Shown piece by piece: positions 29,681 through 40,540 of a stretch of DNA of 64,000 bases. Under the pieces are notes generated by a model that saw only the letters and a program-made list of their open reading frames with translations, ran no database searches and was not told where the DNA came from. Numbering within the stretch: position 1 is the first letter of the stretch; each line of letters begins with the position of its first letter. The position numbers and the translations under genes were made by a program. The stretch is from Terriglobia bacterium (lineage in GTDB: Bacteria; Acidobacteriota; Terriglobia; 20CM-2-55-15): assembly GCA_963664115.2 (NCBI GenBank), contig CAXWPJ010000010.1, positions 480,001 through 544,000 on the forward strand, read 5' to 3'.

Positions 29681-30466
29681 ATGAAGAAACATTTCGAATT
29701 GTCGTTGGTCGCTGCGGCAGCCATTCTGCTTGCCCTGGCCCCGGCTTCGGCTGATGCGCAGGGAATACCGCGCACCGCGGATGGCACACCCGACTTCACG
29801 GGGGTATGGGCGGGTCCGGGGTTTGCACACACCGGGGGTCCGCTTGACCGCCCGACGGTCTCGCGATACACCACGGAGAACTTTGCTCCTTTGCAGCCCG
29901 GGGCGGAGTCCATCTTGTACCGGGAGTACACCGGAAACATCCGCATCGATGATCCCACGGCGTATTGCTTGCCGAACGGACTTCCAAGGCAGATTCCTTC
30001 CCCCTACGCACAACAATGGATTCAGACGCCCACTCAACTGGTGATTCTCTACGAATACATGCACTTCTTTCGGGTCATCCCGTTCGGGGAGCCCAACAGG
30101 CCGCACGCCGCCGATGCGGAGCCGACCTACATGGGAAACTCGATCGCCTGGTGGGAGGATGACACGCTGGTGATCGACACAACCCATCTTCAGGAATGGG
30201 TGCTCGACGCCTACCATCCGCCTGACGGTGGCTCACGCTGGCACAGTGACCAACTGCACGTGGTCGAACGGCTAGCATTTACATCCCCCACGGAAGTGAC
30301 CTATGACGTGACGATCGATGACCCTGTGATTTTCACCGAACCCTGGGTCCAGCCCTGGCAGATGGAACTGAAACCGACCTGGGACGGCCTCTTTGAAATG
30401 ATTTGTGAGGATAACAATCGATGTCGTGGCGGGGAATGCACGGCTTCCGACGTGCAGGTGGATTGA
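29681..30466 (+). CDS. Conserved secreted hypothetical protein (DUF6152 partner)
   Basis: Signal peptide; PDFTGVW, DPTAYCLPNGLPR, MGNSIAWWEDDTLVIDT, FEMICEDNN. Confidence 0.75.
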   Translation: MKKHFELSLVAAAAILLALAPASADAQGIPRTADGTPDFTGVWAGPGFAHTGGPLDRPTVSRYTTENFAPLQPGAESILYREYTGNIRIDDPTAYCLPNGLPRQIPSPYAQQWIQTPTQLVILYEYMHFFRVIPFGEPNRPHAADAEPTYMGNSIAWWEDDTLVIDTTHLQEWVLDAYHPPDGGSRWHSDQLHVVERLAFTSPTEVTYDVTIDDPVIFTEPWVQPWQMELKPTWDGLFEMICEDNNRCRGGECTASDVQVD

Positions 30467-30489
30467 AAGGTTCTTATCAGAGGTATCCG

Positions 30490-30885
30490 ATGAATACGAA
30501 GCGATTAAAACCTTTACTGTTCGGGATCGGGCTGTTGGTCGTTTCTGGCACGACAATCGCCCACCACGGAACCAACATTTCCTACGACCAGACCACGACG
30601 GTCACCTTGACAGGCGTGGTGACCGAATTTCGCCTGGCGAATCCACACAGCCAGCTCTATTTCGACGTAACGGACGAGACCGGCACCCTCATCCACTGGG
30701 CCGGTGAACTCAACAGCCCCGGCATTCTAAGAAGGATTGGCTGGACCCCTGATGTGATGGAGCCGGGAGACGAGGTCACGCTGAGCCTCCACCCGTCGAA
30801 AGCGGGCACACCGGTGGGGGTTGTCGAGAGAGACGAACCTATGATCGTTAATGGCGCACAACTTTTGGGAACTGGAGATCAATAA
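30490..30885 (+). CDS. DUF6152 family secreted protein
   Basis: TIA|HHG; LANPH. Confidence 0.8.
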   Translation: MNTKRLKPLLFGIGLLVVSGTTIAHHGTNISYDQTTTVTLTGVVTEFRLANPHSQLYFDVTDETGTLIHWAGELNSPGILRRIGWTPDVMEPGDEVTLSLHPSKAGTPVGVVERDEPMIVNGAQLLGTGDQ

Positions 30886-30913
30886 GATTCTCAAAACGAC
30901 AGGAGTTTCAAGA

Positions 30914-31657
30914 ATGCAAAATCGTTGCATGAGGTTTGCCGCCGTTGTACTGGCGATGGTGGTTTGCTCGTCTCTCGCAGCCGCTCAGACCGCCAGGCGA
31001 AATCTGAACGGCGTGTGGACCCGGACAACCCGGGTGCTGACCATGAGCGAAGAGACGCCTGCTTTCGCCCCTTGGGGGCAGGAACGCTTCGACGCGGCCC
31101 GGCCCGGATACGGACCCCGAGCGGTACCTCCGGGCGTGGGCAACGACCCCATGGGCACGTGTGACCCTCTGGGCATGCCCCGCAATCTCTTTCTTGAAGT
31201 TTCGATTTATCCAATGGAGTTCCTCGAAACCCCGGATCGAGTCCTGCAGTTCTTTGAATGGGCGCATGTGTGGCGGGAGATCTGGACGGACGGAAGAGAA
31301 CTCCCGGAGAATCCCTTCCCCCGATGGATGGGATACTCCGTCGGCCGGTGGGAGGGCGACACCTTCATCGTGGACTCCATCGGTTTTGACGAGCGTACCT
31401 GGCTCGATCATTTTGGAAATCCGGTGAGCGACGATATGCGCCTGGAAGAACGCTACCGGCGTGTCGATGAGGAAACCCTGGAGCTTGTGATCACCATCAA
31501 TGCCCCGAAGGCCTACCGGACACCCTGGGTCAGCGAAACGAAGGTCATGCGCATGGCTCCCGAAGGCAGGGAGATCGAGGAATTGTTCTGCGTCCCGACC
31601 GAGGAGCAGGCGTTTAACAGGGGAATCCGGGATCCCGCCGCCGGGGTGATCCCTTAA
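30914..31657 (+). CDS. Conserved secreted hypothetical protein (DUF6152 partner)
   Basis: LNGVW, DPMGTCDPLGMPR, MGYSVGRWEGDTFIVDS, EELFC. Confidence 0.75.
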   Translation: MQNRCMRFAAVVLAMVVCSSLAAAQTARRNLNGVWTRTTRVLTMSEETPAFAPWGQERFDAARPGYGPRAVPPGVGNDPMGTCDPLGMPRNLFLEVSIYPMEFLETPDRVLQFFEWAHVWREIWTDGRELPENPFPRWMGYSVGRWEGDTFIVDSIGFDERTWLDHFGNPVSDDMRLEERYRRVDEETLELVITINAPKAYRTPWVSETKVMRMAPEGREIEELFCVPTEEQAFNRGIRDPAAGVIP

Positions 31658-31776
31658 GCGAAGATGCTCCCTAGCCGTTGATTCGGGCCATGCGTTCGGG
31701 TTAAAAACGGACGCAGCCTTTAACCCGATCTACTAACCGGATCATTACACTGCCACAGGCTGAGGCCTCTATCTGC

Positions 31777-32736
31777 TCAGTCCTGGGCGGTGAGAGAACT
31801 GTACAGGTCCTCGATAAAACTTTCCGTCGCTCCCAGTCCGGATGTCGCGCCGTACATGGGTTCATATTCCCGTGTCGGAGCGGCCGCCTTCACCTGCTCC
31901 AGCGTCATACCCTGGCTGATCATGTCCTGAACGCGGTAGCGAAGGAGGACGGACATGTCGCGGTACTTGATGACGTCTTCCCGATCGCACAGTCGGCCGT
32001 GCCCCGGAACCACGTACGTGCGGCTCTCCCCGTTCAAGGGATTAGAGAGCGCGATTATCCTGTCCAACCCGGCGATCATCCCCTGAACGCGGCCGCCTCC
32101 ATCGAAATCGACAACCGGATAGCGGGTGATCGCGAAGACGTCACCGCCGCTGATCACGTTGGAGCCTTTGAAAAACACGATGCTGTCGCCGGTGGAATGC
32201 GCGGCCGGGATGTGAATGATGTCGATGTCTTCGCCGTTGAATTGAATCGTCATCTGGTCCGTGTACGTTTCCGTCGGCCAGAAACCCTCGCCCACGATGA
32301 AACGGTCATTCGGGGTACCGGAGGGTTCGGAGCTCATCACCTTGATTACGTTTTCGTGCCCCACGATTGTCGCGCCGCTCGGGGTGGCCAGAGCTTCGTT
32401 TCCACCGGCGTGATCCCCATGGACGTGGGTGTTGATGATGTAGCGAATGGGCTTGTCTGAGAGTTCCCGAATCGCCGCCATGATCTTGGGGGCCATGGGC
32501 GCAAACTGCGTGTCCACAACCAGGACGCCGTCATCGCCAATCTGTACGGTGACGTTTCCACCCGCACCGACCATCATGTAGACATTGCCCTGCACGTGTT
32601 TCACCTGAACCTCAACCGCGTCGAAGCGGCCCTGGGCGTAGGCGGGATTCAACTCCCCTGAGCCTACCAGCAACCCGACGATGACAAGCGCGACGGCAAA
32701 CAGTGGCCCGATGACCGGTTGGAGTTTTACTTTCAT
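31777..32736 (-). CDS. Secreted metallo-beta-lactamase-fold hydrolase
   Basis: INTHVHGDHAGGN, AHSTGD, VVPGHG. Confidence 0.85.
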   Translation of the reverse strand: MKVKLQPVIGPLFAVALVIVGLLVGSGELNPAYAQGRFDAVEVQVKHVQGNVYMMVGAGGNVTVQIGDDGVLVVDTQFAPMAPKIMAAIRELSDKPIRYIINTHVHGDHAGGNEALATPSGATIVGHENVIKVMSSEPSGTPNDRFIVGEGFWPTETYTDQMTIQFNGEDIDIIHIPAAHSTGDSIVFFKGSNVISGGDVFAITRYPVVDFDGGGRVQGMIAGLDRIIALSNPLNGESRTYVVPGHGRLCDREDVIKYRDMSVLLRYRVQDMISQGMTLEQVKAAAPTREYEPMYGATSGLGATESFIEDLYSSLTAQD

Positions 32737-32890
32737 AACACTCGCTCCTTTTAGATTAGCTCTTAAGTAATTCCGGATTTGCGGTCCGACTCGGAATGCC
32801 ACGACGAACCTGGACGCGATCAGAACACTAGCGCACCCCACCCATCCAGGCTGCCAGCAGGAATCCTCCTCCGCAGTCGGCACCCGGCAG

Positions 32891-34411
32891 CTAGAGCGCT
32901 GCGCCCAGCAGCTCCTGCGACCGGTCGGTAACCACCTGCTGCAGGTTGTTCCCGTGACTGTCGATCGTCACGACGACCGGGAAGTTCTCAACTTCCAGTT
33001 CCCACACGGCTTCGGGGCTACCAAATTCTTCGAGGCGGACGCTCAGAACGCGTTGGATACACTGCGCATAAATCTGAGCCGCGCCTCCAATCGCGTGCAG
33101 GTAGACGGCGCCGTGCTCCTGGCAGGCTCTCTGAGTTTTCCCTCCCATGCCGCCTTTTCCGATCACAGCCTTGATGGCAAACTTCTTGATAATGTCCGCC
33201 TGGTACGGTTCTTCACGAATAGACGTCGTAGGACCTGCGGCTACGACCTTGTATTCGCCGTCTTTCTCGAGCACAACCGGACCGCAATGGTAAATGACGC
33301 CGTCTCGAATGACATCGAGTTCCCCACCTTCATGGAGATACTTGTGCACCGCGTCCCGCCCCGTAAACACAACCCCGCTGAGCAAAACGACATCGCCAAC
33401 GTTCAGGCTGCGGACATCGGCTTCGCTGAGCGGCGTCTGCAGACGGACGACTTCGCCTTCGGGCAGCGTCAGATCCGGCGTCGGCTCTTCCCCCTGGAAC
33501 TCGTGGTCGGCGGTGTAGAGCCACTCTTTCACACGACCTTCAACATCCAACACCACGCCGCGCCTCCTGTAGGCCCAGCACATGTAAGCGATCGTGACGA
33601 AGTACGATGCGGGCAGGCGGTTTATCTTGCCCACCTTGCAGCAGCCCACGGTGAACTTTCCAGCGAAACCCATGGGCCCGATGTCGAGAGTGTTGGCCTC
33701 TTTCATGATCCGCGATTCAAGGTCGGCGAGAACCGGTTCCGGACTGCTGTCCTCGATGGACCGCAACAACTGATGCTTCGCAAATTCATAGCCTGAGGCC
33801 CGGTCACCCCCGATGGCCACACCCAGAAAGCCCGGGCCGCAGCCTTTCCCCTGAGCTCTCCAGACCGCGTCAAGAATGCAGGCGCGCACGCCCTCCAGGT
33901 CCCGGTTGACCCGACGGCCCTGAATCTCCCCGGGCAGGCTGTACTGGGCGCTCATGTTCTCGCATCCACCACCCTTAAGGATCAGGCGGATATCGATGTC
34001 GGCATCGCGCGTCTGCTCCCAGTGAAAGACCGGACTCCCGGGACCGAGGTTGTCGCCGCTGTTCTTGCCGTCCACGCTGTCCACGGAGTTTTGCCGGAGG
34101 TAACCCTTCGATGTCGCCTCCTGTACCGCTTCGCAGCAGAGATCCGCGAGTTCGAGCTGATCCACACCCACCGGAGTCTTGATATAGAAATTGATCGTCC
34201 CGGTATCCTGGCAGATCGGCAGGGACTTCGCCTTCGCCAGCCCGATGTTCTGCGCCACCAGTTCCAATGCAAAGTCGGCCTTGGACCCGGAGGCCTCAAG
34301 CTTGCGCTGGAGGTCGATCACGTTCTGAATGTCCGGAGGTAAAAAGGCGGAAGTACGACGTAAGAGTTCAAGGATGCTTTCGCGGAACGTTGCTCTGTTC
34401 ATGGGGTTCAT
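32891..34411 (-). CDS. Class I Fe-S fumarate hydratase (fused alpha/beta) or related hydro-lyase
   Basis: PICQDTG, LRQN, KGGGCEN, GRDAVH, AGPTTSIR, IGKGGMG. Confidence 0.85.
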   Translation of the reverse strand: MNPMNRATFRESILELLRRTSAFLPPDIQNVIDLQRKLEASGSKADFALELVAQNIGLAKAKSLPICQDTGTINFYIKTPVGVDQLELADLCCEAVQEATSKGYLRQNSVDSVDGKNSGDNLGPGSPVFHWEQTRDADIDIRLILKGGGCENMSAQYSLPGEIQGRRVNRDLEGVRACILDAVWRAQGKGCGPGFLGVAIGGDRASGYEFAKHQLLRSIEDSSPEPVLADLESRIMKEANTLDIGPMGFAGKFTVGCCKVGKINRLPASYFVTIAYMCWAYRRRGVVLDVEGRVKEWLYTADHEFQGEEPTPDLTLPEGEVVRLQTPLSEADVRSLNVGDVVLLSGVVFTGRDAVHKYLHEGGELDVIRDGVIYHCGPVVLEKDGEYKVVAAGPTTSIREEPYQADIIKKFAIKAVIGKGGMGGKTQRACQEHGAVYLHAIGGAAQIYAQCIQRVLSVRLEEFGSPEAVWELEVENFPVVVTIDSHGNNLQQVVTDRSQELLGAAL

Positions 34412-34809
34412 TTTAGCAGTTTCGGGACCTTGATTGTTATGGGGGCGGTGGGGGAACCGACTTGAAGATGAATCGCTGCGGTACTTGATTTGAACGGTTC
34501 GCCTGTGGATGGGGATGCGCTCGGTCGTTCAATCGGCCATCCTGGCCGAACGACCGGCGACCCTCTCCATCTTCCTGATGGAGAGGCGTATTGGGGAATA
34601 AGAGTGGGAATGACGGAATGTTGATCCCCCTCTTAAACAAAACCCACACCGGTCCCCCGGTGCGGGTGGACAACGAGGCAGCAGCCGAGGCGTCTGTGAC
34701 AGATGAGCGTCCCTCTGTCAGGACAAGCAACCAATCAACCCAAGCATTGCCTTCTCTTGTCCAACCTTAACTACCGCTCACTTAAAAACTCTCTCCGATC
34801 AACCCCCGA

Positions 34810-36192
34810 CTACTCCCCTGTCGATGGCGCCTCCAGCCTATCCAGTACATGCTCCTGCACCCATTTGGGATCCCACCATTCGATAGGATTCACCGGCACC
34901 CCGTGCAGAAAGAGACCGAAGTGGAGATGGTCGCCGCCGGCCAGGCCCGTGGCGCCGCTGCGTCCCAGTACGGCCTGCTTCCCAACCATCTGACCCACTT
35001 CCACATCGAGTGAACTCATGTGCGCATAGAGCGACACGAGGCCGGCGCCGTGGTCGATCAGGACGGTGTTGCCATAGATGCCGAAGTAGTCCGCCATGAG
35101 AACCCGTCCGGCGTTGGCCGCTTCGATCGGATAACGTTGGACAACGGAGAGGTCGAAACCGACATGATCCTGCTGGTCCACAACCTCGCCCGCATACATG
35201 TAGGTGCGGCGGTCGGCGAAAAAAGATTCCACCTGAGAATTGCTGAGCTGGGTAAACGCTCCGTCCCAGAGGAACTCTCCCGGAGATTGCAAGGATAATT
35301 CCGCAATCGCTTCGTGGTTCTCCTGACGCAGGCGGCTGTTGATCTCGACGTAGGTGTCGATCAGGTTCCCCTGGTCCTGGATTTCCGGAGTTCGGCTGAC
35401 GATTTCAGGAACAACCTTTCGGAGAAAGCTCTCCGTCAGGACGATTTCACGGTTACGGAACTCCCGCGCCGCCAGACGGTGGCTCACGTCCGATAGCGCC
35501 TCGTTCCCGGCCGCGTCGCGGGCAACGAGTTGGACAGCTGTGTCGCCGGGAAGGTCGTAGGCAAACGCGAAGAGGGCGAAGCGGAGATCCGGATCCGAGG
35601 GATCGGGTGCGAATCCCGGGAAGAAATGCGGGCCCACCTGGACGCCCGACATCACCGCGTCCTCGGACACACGATAGACAAGGGAATCTGATCCACCCTG
35701 ATTCATGTAGATCAGACCGGAAATGGTTTCCAGTCGCGGCGGATAAAGGTCGAAACGGAACTCACGCGTCAGCTCGATTCGATTGCCTGCCAAGAAGCTA
35801 CGGTAGGAGTGATCACTTGCGGTAATGGCAAGGCTGGCGGGCCCGTCCTGGACCGTGTAGTTATCGGCGATCAGTGTCCCCAGGTCATATGTCCGGACGG
35901 GCGTGGTCCCGCGACCGGGGAAGGATTCATCCGCCAGGACAATCTCCGTGTTGCCCTGCGTAAAGACGACGCTCACCTGTTTGAGGCCGGTTCCGAGGTC
36001 TTCGACTGTGAGCTCGAAGGCCGCCCCAGCCGCAAGCGCTTCGAAGTCACGGTCGAAAGCGATACTCGGGTTCTGGCCCTCCAGTCGCCGGTAGCCCAAG
36101 CCCACAAGCGACACGAACACCAGGACAGCGACAATCGCCAATCGCACCCACATTGTTTCTCGCGACATCGGACGCTCGGTGTATCTGATCAT
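34810..36192 (-). CDS. M23 family metallopeptidase
   Basis: HVGFDL, YGNTVLIDHG, LYAHMS, GDHLHF; N-terminal TM. Confidence 0.9.
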   Translation of the reverse strand: MIRYTERPMSRETMWVRLAIVAVLVFVSLVGLGYRRLEGQNPSIAFDRDFEALAAGAAFELTVEDLGTGLKQVSVVFTQGNTEIVLADESFPGRGTTPVRTYDLGTLIADNYTVQDGPASLAITASDHSYRSFLAGNRIELTREFRFDLYPPRLETISGLIYMNQGGSDSLVYRVSEDAVMSGVQVGPHFFPGFAPDPSDPDLRFALFAFAYDLPGDTAVQLVARDAAGNEALSDVSHRLAAREFRNREIVLTESFLRKVVPEIVSRTPEIQDQGNLIDTYVEINSRLRQENHEAIAELSLQSPGEFLWDGAFTQLSNSQVESFFADRRTYMYAGEVVDQQDHVGFDLSVVQRYPIEAANAGRVLMADYFGIYGNTVLIDHGAGLVSLYAHMSSLDVEVGQMVGKQAVLGRSGATGLAGGDHLHFGLFLHGVPVNPIEWWDPKWVQEHVLDRLEAPSTGE

Positions 36193-36494
36193 TCCTGATT
36201 CCTACCAGAGGGAGGGCTCGGTTCTGGTCCCTCTGCCAGACACCGTCTCGCCATAGGATCTGCACCGGCTCCCCCGGTGGGTGTAGCGCATACTGCGACG
36301 CACATTCCAGATGAAGGGCCTCTCCAGAAAAATTGCGATGCTCTCCACGACTTTTTCTCACTGCTCGGGGACTCAGCCCCAGCCTAAAGGTCGTCCTAAG
36401 CCAATCGAAATTGAGCATCTGTCACAGTTTTTACAATTGCTCAGTCGTGCGGAGAGTCTAATTGTATAGATCACATGAAAGAGAGGTGAACGCA

Positions 36495-37385
36495 ATGCAT
36501 ATCAGAAACCTGACCGTCCTATTGATAACCCTGGTGTGGGTCCTGCCTGTCGGGGCTGAACCCACACCTGCCGCACCCCAACAGGCGGGGGCAGAAACAA
36601 GCGCGGTTCCATCGGAATTATTCGCCCCGGTTGGCACGTTATTGACCGTCCGGACACGGGAGCCACTTTCCAGCAACACCAACGACAGTGGGGACGGATT
36701 TCTAGCCGTTCTGAGTCAACCTTTGGTTGTCGACGGTTGGGTCGTGGCACGGGCGGGGCAGACGGTTATGGGTCGCATCGTCCGCGCGACTGAAGCCGGA
36801 CGGACCCGCGGCACCTCGGAACTGGGCATCGAACTGGGCGAATTGCTGCTCGTTGATGGCCAGCAAGTACCCGTTCGAACTCAACTGATCCGCAGCGAGG
36901 GATCGACGTCCGCTGATCGGGATGTTGGCGCGATCGCCGCAGGAACGGGACTTGGAACGATTATCGGCGGTGCAGCCTCCGGCGGGCGGGGGGCGGCTAT
37001 TGGCGCTGTCGCCGGTGCGGCCGCATCAGTGATCGGCGTCTTGTCCACTCGGGGACGGGCGACCGAGGTTCCACCGGAAACGGAGTTGAGCTTCCGCCTG
37101 GATGCCCCCCTGACGATATCGACCGAGCGCAGCGCCCACGCTTTTCTGGCTGTGACGGCCGATGACTACAACGCGGCCCCAACGCTTCAGCTTCCGACGT
37201 CTGATCGCCGCGATCTTCGTGATCGTGGCAATCGTGGCGAAAGAAACCGTCGAGGATCGTATCGATCTAGCGTGTTCTTTGGCTACCCGGCCTATTACTC
37301 AATCTGGCCACGAAACTACGGTGTCCGTGGATGGCGGGGACACGCTGTTCCTCGCGGCCACTTCAGAAGATTCGGTCGGCGCTAG
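36495..37385 (+). CDS. Secreted hypothetical protein with glycine-zipper segment
   Basis: Signal peptide; GTGLGTIIGGAASGGRGAAIGAVAG; Arg/Tyr-rich tail; overlaps the convergent gene by 23 bp. Confidence 0.65.
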   Translation: MHIRNLTVLLITLVWVLPVGAEPTPAAPQQAGAETSAVPSELFAPVGTLLTVRTREPLSSNTNDSGDGFLAVLSQPLVVDGWVVARAGQTVMGRIVRATEAGRTRGTSELGIELGELLLVDGQQVPVRTQLIRSEGSTSADRDVGAIAAGTGLGTIIGGAASGGRGAAIGAVAGAAASVIGVLSTRGRATEVPPETELSFRLDAPLTISTERSAHAFLAVTADDYNAAPTLQLPTSDRRDLRDRGNRGERNRRGSYRSSVFFGYPAYYSIWPRNYGVRGWRGHAVPRGHFRRFGRR

Positions 37386-38025
37386 GGAACGGCTCGCGTT
37401 CGAAGAGCACGTCCGCCTGGAGCAGAGTGCCGTCCCCCGCGTGTGACAAGTCGAATACGTCGATCGGCCGATAGCCGATGGATGCCATGTAGTCGAACAC
37501 ATCGACGATGAGCGGCGCCCCAAGGTTGTAGGCGGCGATGGACGTCTCCAGCAGGATGAGCCGGGGCGTGAATGTCTCAAGAAAGTTTCGGGCACCCTTG
37601 AGAATGTCCACTTCCGATCCCTGGGTATCCAGCTTCACCAGACCGTGCTCTTTCCAGTTTCCGGAAAAATCGATCCTCTTCATGAGCCGGTCGATTGTTG
37701 TCATCTCCTTTTTCAAAACGATGTTGGAATCACGGTAGAACCCGCTGTTTTCCCGATAGACGGAAGACCCCGTCGTAAACCCATCCTTTTCATCGACAGT
37801 GTAGAAGTCGCATACTCTCGGCCCGTCGCCCAGAAGGATATAAAAGGCCTTGGGATTGTGTGGCTTCTGGCGCTCATCGGCTTCGAACTGCCATATCTTG
37901 ATTCCGGGCCAGAGCTGATCGATAAGCGCCGAGAACTCGCCACGATACGCCCCAATGTCGAGCGCCCTCTCGAGCCGGAGACCACTGGAAATGTGAAAGC
38001 GAAATCGGTTTTCGAAGTTTTGCAT
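37363..38025 (-). CDS. FkbM family methyltransferase
   Basis: LDIGAYRGEF, VKLDTQGSEVDILKGA. Confidence 0.85.
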   Translation of the reverse strand: MQNFENRFRFHISSGLRLERALDIGAYRGEFSALIDQLWPGIKIWQFEADERQKPHNPKAFYILLGDGPRVCDFYTVDEKDGFTTGSSVYRENSGFYRDSNIVLKKEMTTIDRLMKRIDFSGNWKEHGLVKLDTQGSEVDILKGARNFLETFTPRLILLETSIAAYNLGAPLIVDVFDYMASIGYRPIDVFDLSHAGDGTLLQADVLFEREPFPSADRIF

Positions 38026-38058
38026 CGATTCTTTAGAACGCCGAGTAAACCTGAAGGT

Positions 38059-38769
38059 CTAGCGGTACTCAGTGCCGGCGACGCGATCGACATCGTCCCG
38101 GATCATCTGTTCGTGATAATAGCCGATTACGGCGTCTACCGACGGTCCGAGATAGTCGTCATTGACGATGTGGAGATTCAACTGCGATCTCCAGAAAAAA
38201 CTCATATCGAGGTTGGATGGCGTCGCATGGTTCCCGATCTGATCGAAGAAAGGGTCAATCTCAACGAACGGTATTTTCGGAAATCCCCAGAGTACGCCGC
38301 CCCGGATTGTGAAGACCCAGCGGTGATGAATATAGCCGCGGTAGGAAATACCCGAGGCCATTACCTTCTCAAAGCGTGCCATCTCCGCGAACTTGCTCGG
38401 GACGGCGACGTAGCCGGATTCCGAGATGGCGGACAGTTTCTGGCAAACAAGCAGGGGGTTGGAAAGGTCCTCCAAGGTGTGGGCACAGATGCTGAAGTTG
38501 AACTTGCCGTGTTCGGCAACGTGGTCTTCGACGACCTTCCAGTCATTGTCGCGGGAGATATTGACCTTGAAATAATGGATCTGGGAATCCGACCCGGAGA
38601 GGGGTGGATTGATATCGACAATGGCGTTGGCGACACCTCCGCTCCAACCAACAACCGTCCCGCCAACGTCAATGACTGAATAAGCCGGACGAACTTTGCG
38701 TTTTTGTGCAATACGTTCGAGCACAGAAGTCCGGTCACCGTTGCTGACGATCGGGACAACGCCCCTCAT
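38059..38769 (-). CDS. Class I SAM-dependent methyltransferase-like protein
   Basis: VIDVGG, FNFSICAHTLEDL, GYVAVPS, HHRW. Confidence 0.7.
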   Translation of the reverse strand: MRGVVPIVSNGDRTSVLERIAQKRKVRPAYSVIDVGGTVVGWSGGVANAIVDINPPLSGSDSQIHYFKVNISRDNDWKVVEDHVAEHGKFNFSICAHTLEDLSNPLLVCQKLSAISESGYVAVPSKFAEMARFEKVMASGISYRGYIHHRWVFTIRGGVLWGFPKIPFVEIDPFFDQIGNHATPSNLDMSFFWRSQLNLHIVNDDYLGPSVDAVIGYYHEQMIRDDVDRVAGTEYR

Positions 38770-39046
38770 GTTCTTTCCCTCTCCATCCCTCTCCATTCCT
38801 CTCAATGCTGAAATCTTCCTATACCCGATCCGATACTGTCACCGAAGAGTGGCGATGTTCCCACAACCCCACGCCACGGTCAATCGTCCCAAGCGGTGGA
38901 AGCACTGTTCTTCCTTTGCGTAACGGACACAGCCATAGAGCCCCGATCCCGGAAGCGAACGCTTCGAAAACTCGCAGCTTCGGAGTTTGTTTTCGCAAGC
39001 AATTGAGGATTCGTTTTGGAGCTTTTCTTCGGTGAAGTAAGCGCCC

Positions 39047-40540
39047 TCAAACGCGTGCCTTTCGCGCGCGGTAGGCGTTCGCGAGGGGAACGGCGAGCAG
39101 TGCGATGAGTGCTAACAAGAGCAACGTTGCGGAAATGCCTCGGGTCAAGAATATGGACGGGTCGCCCTGCGAGATCGCCAGCGCCCGCCGGAATTGTTGT
39201 TCCGCCATCGGCCCGAGGATCATGCCGATGATGGCGGGAGCTACGGGGATGTCGACGCGGCGCATGATGAAGCCGATCAGGCCGATGGCGTACATGAGGC
39301 CGACATCGAAAGCAGAGTTATTCAGGCTGTAGGTCCCGAGCGTCGCAAAGACGAGAATGCCCCCGTACAAAAGGGGTGCCGGAATTTTGAGCAGCCGTGC
39401 CCAGAGCGGCGCCAGGGGAAGGTTCAGGACCACGAGCATCGTGTTGCCTATGTAGAGGCTGGCAATCAGTCCCCAGACCAGCTCGGGATTGGTAGTGAAG
39501 ATCAAAGGTCCCGGCTGGAGGTTGAATTGCTGAAAAGCCGCCAGCATGATCGCTGCGGTCGAAGACGTCGGCAGTCCGAGCGTCAGCAAGGGCACGAGCA
39601 CACCCGCAGCCGCGGCGTTGTTCGCAGCCTCGGGGCCGGCCACCCCCTCGATCGCGCCGTGACCGAATTCCTCCGGGTGCTTCGAGAGTCGCCGTTCGAG
39701 TGAATAGGACAGAAAGGTCGGGATCTCCGCGCCTCCCGTGGGCAGACAGCCGATGGGAAAACCCAGCAGCGTGCCCCTCAGCCATGGTTTCCAGGAACGC
39801 TTAAGGTCTTCGCGTGACATCCACGTCCAACCTCGAACCTGTATCAATGCGTCTCGCGCACGTGGCTGGGACGCGAGAAACAGAGTCTCTCCGACGGCAA
39901 AAAGGCCGACCGCAACAACGACGACGTGGATACCGTCGAGCAATTGTGGAAATCCCAGCGTATAGCGCGCCTGCCCTGTCTGCAGATCGATACCCACGAG
40001 ACCCAGAGCGAGACCGAAGAACAGACTCACCAGTCCTCGCGACGGGGTTTTTCCCAGCATCGAGGAAATCGTGGTGAAGCCGAGGACGATGAGCGCGAAG
40101 TATTCCGCCGGACCAAAGTTCAGCGCGAATCTTGCCATTGCTGGGGCAGCGAAAGTCAGCCCAAGAGTAGCAATCGTGCCGGCAACGAAGGAACCGAGCG
40201 CTGCCGTAGCGAGCGCCGCCGATGCGCGCCCCGCGCGGGCCATTTTGTTGCCTTCAAGTGCCGTGACGATGCTGCCGCTCTCGCCCGGCGTATTCAGCAG
40301 GATCGACGTCGTTGATCCGCCGTACATCGCTCCGTAGTAGATGCCTGCGAACATGATGAAGGCCGCGACCGCTTCGAGCCCGTAGGTCACCGGCAGCAGC
40401 AGTGCAACGGTCAGCGCCGGACCGATGCCGGGAAGGATTCCCACCATGGTGCCGATCAGAACGCCCACGAAAGCCCAAAGGAGATTCGCCGGCTCGAGGG
40501 CGACCCCAAAGCCATCAGCGAGCAGTTGTAGAGATTCCAT
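39047..40540 (-). CDS. tctA: Tripartite tricarboxylate transporter permease
   Basis: [35 protein letters not shown]. Confidence 0.95.
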   Translation of the reverse strand: MESLQLLADGFGVALEPANLLWAFVGVLIGTMVGILPGIGPALTVALLLPVTYGLEAVAAFIMFAGIYYGAMYGGSTTSILLNTPGESGSIVTALEGNKMARAGRASAALATAALGSFVAGTIATLGLTFAAPAMARFALNFGPAEYFALIVLGFTTISSMLGKTPSRGLVSLFFGLALGLVGIDLQTGQARYTLGFPQLLDGIHVVVVAVGLFAVGETLFLASQPRARDALIQVRGWTWMSREDLKRSWKPWLRGTLLGFPIGCLPTGGAEIPTFLSYSLERRLSKHPEEFGHGAIEGVAGPEAANNAAAAGVLVPLLTLGLPTSSTAAIMLAAFQQFNLQPGPLIFTTNPELVWGLIASLYIGNTMLVVLNLPLAPLWARLLKIPAPLLYGGILVFATLGTYSLNNSAFDVGLMYAIGLIGFIMRRVDIPVAPAIIGMILGPMAEQQFRRALAISQGDPSIFLTRGISATLLLLALIALLAVPLANAYRARKARV

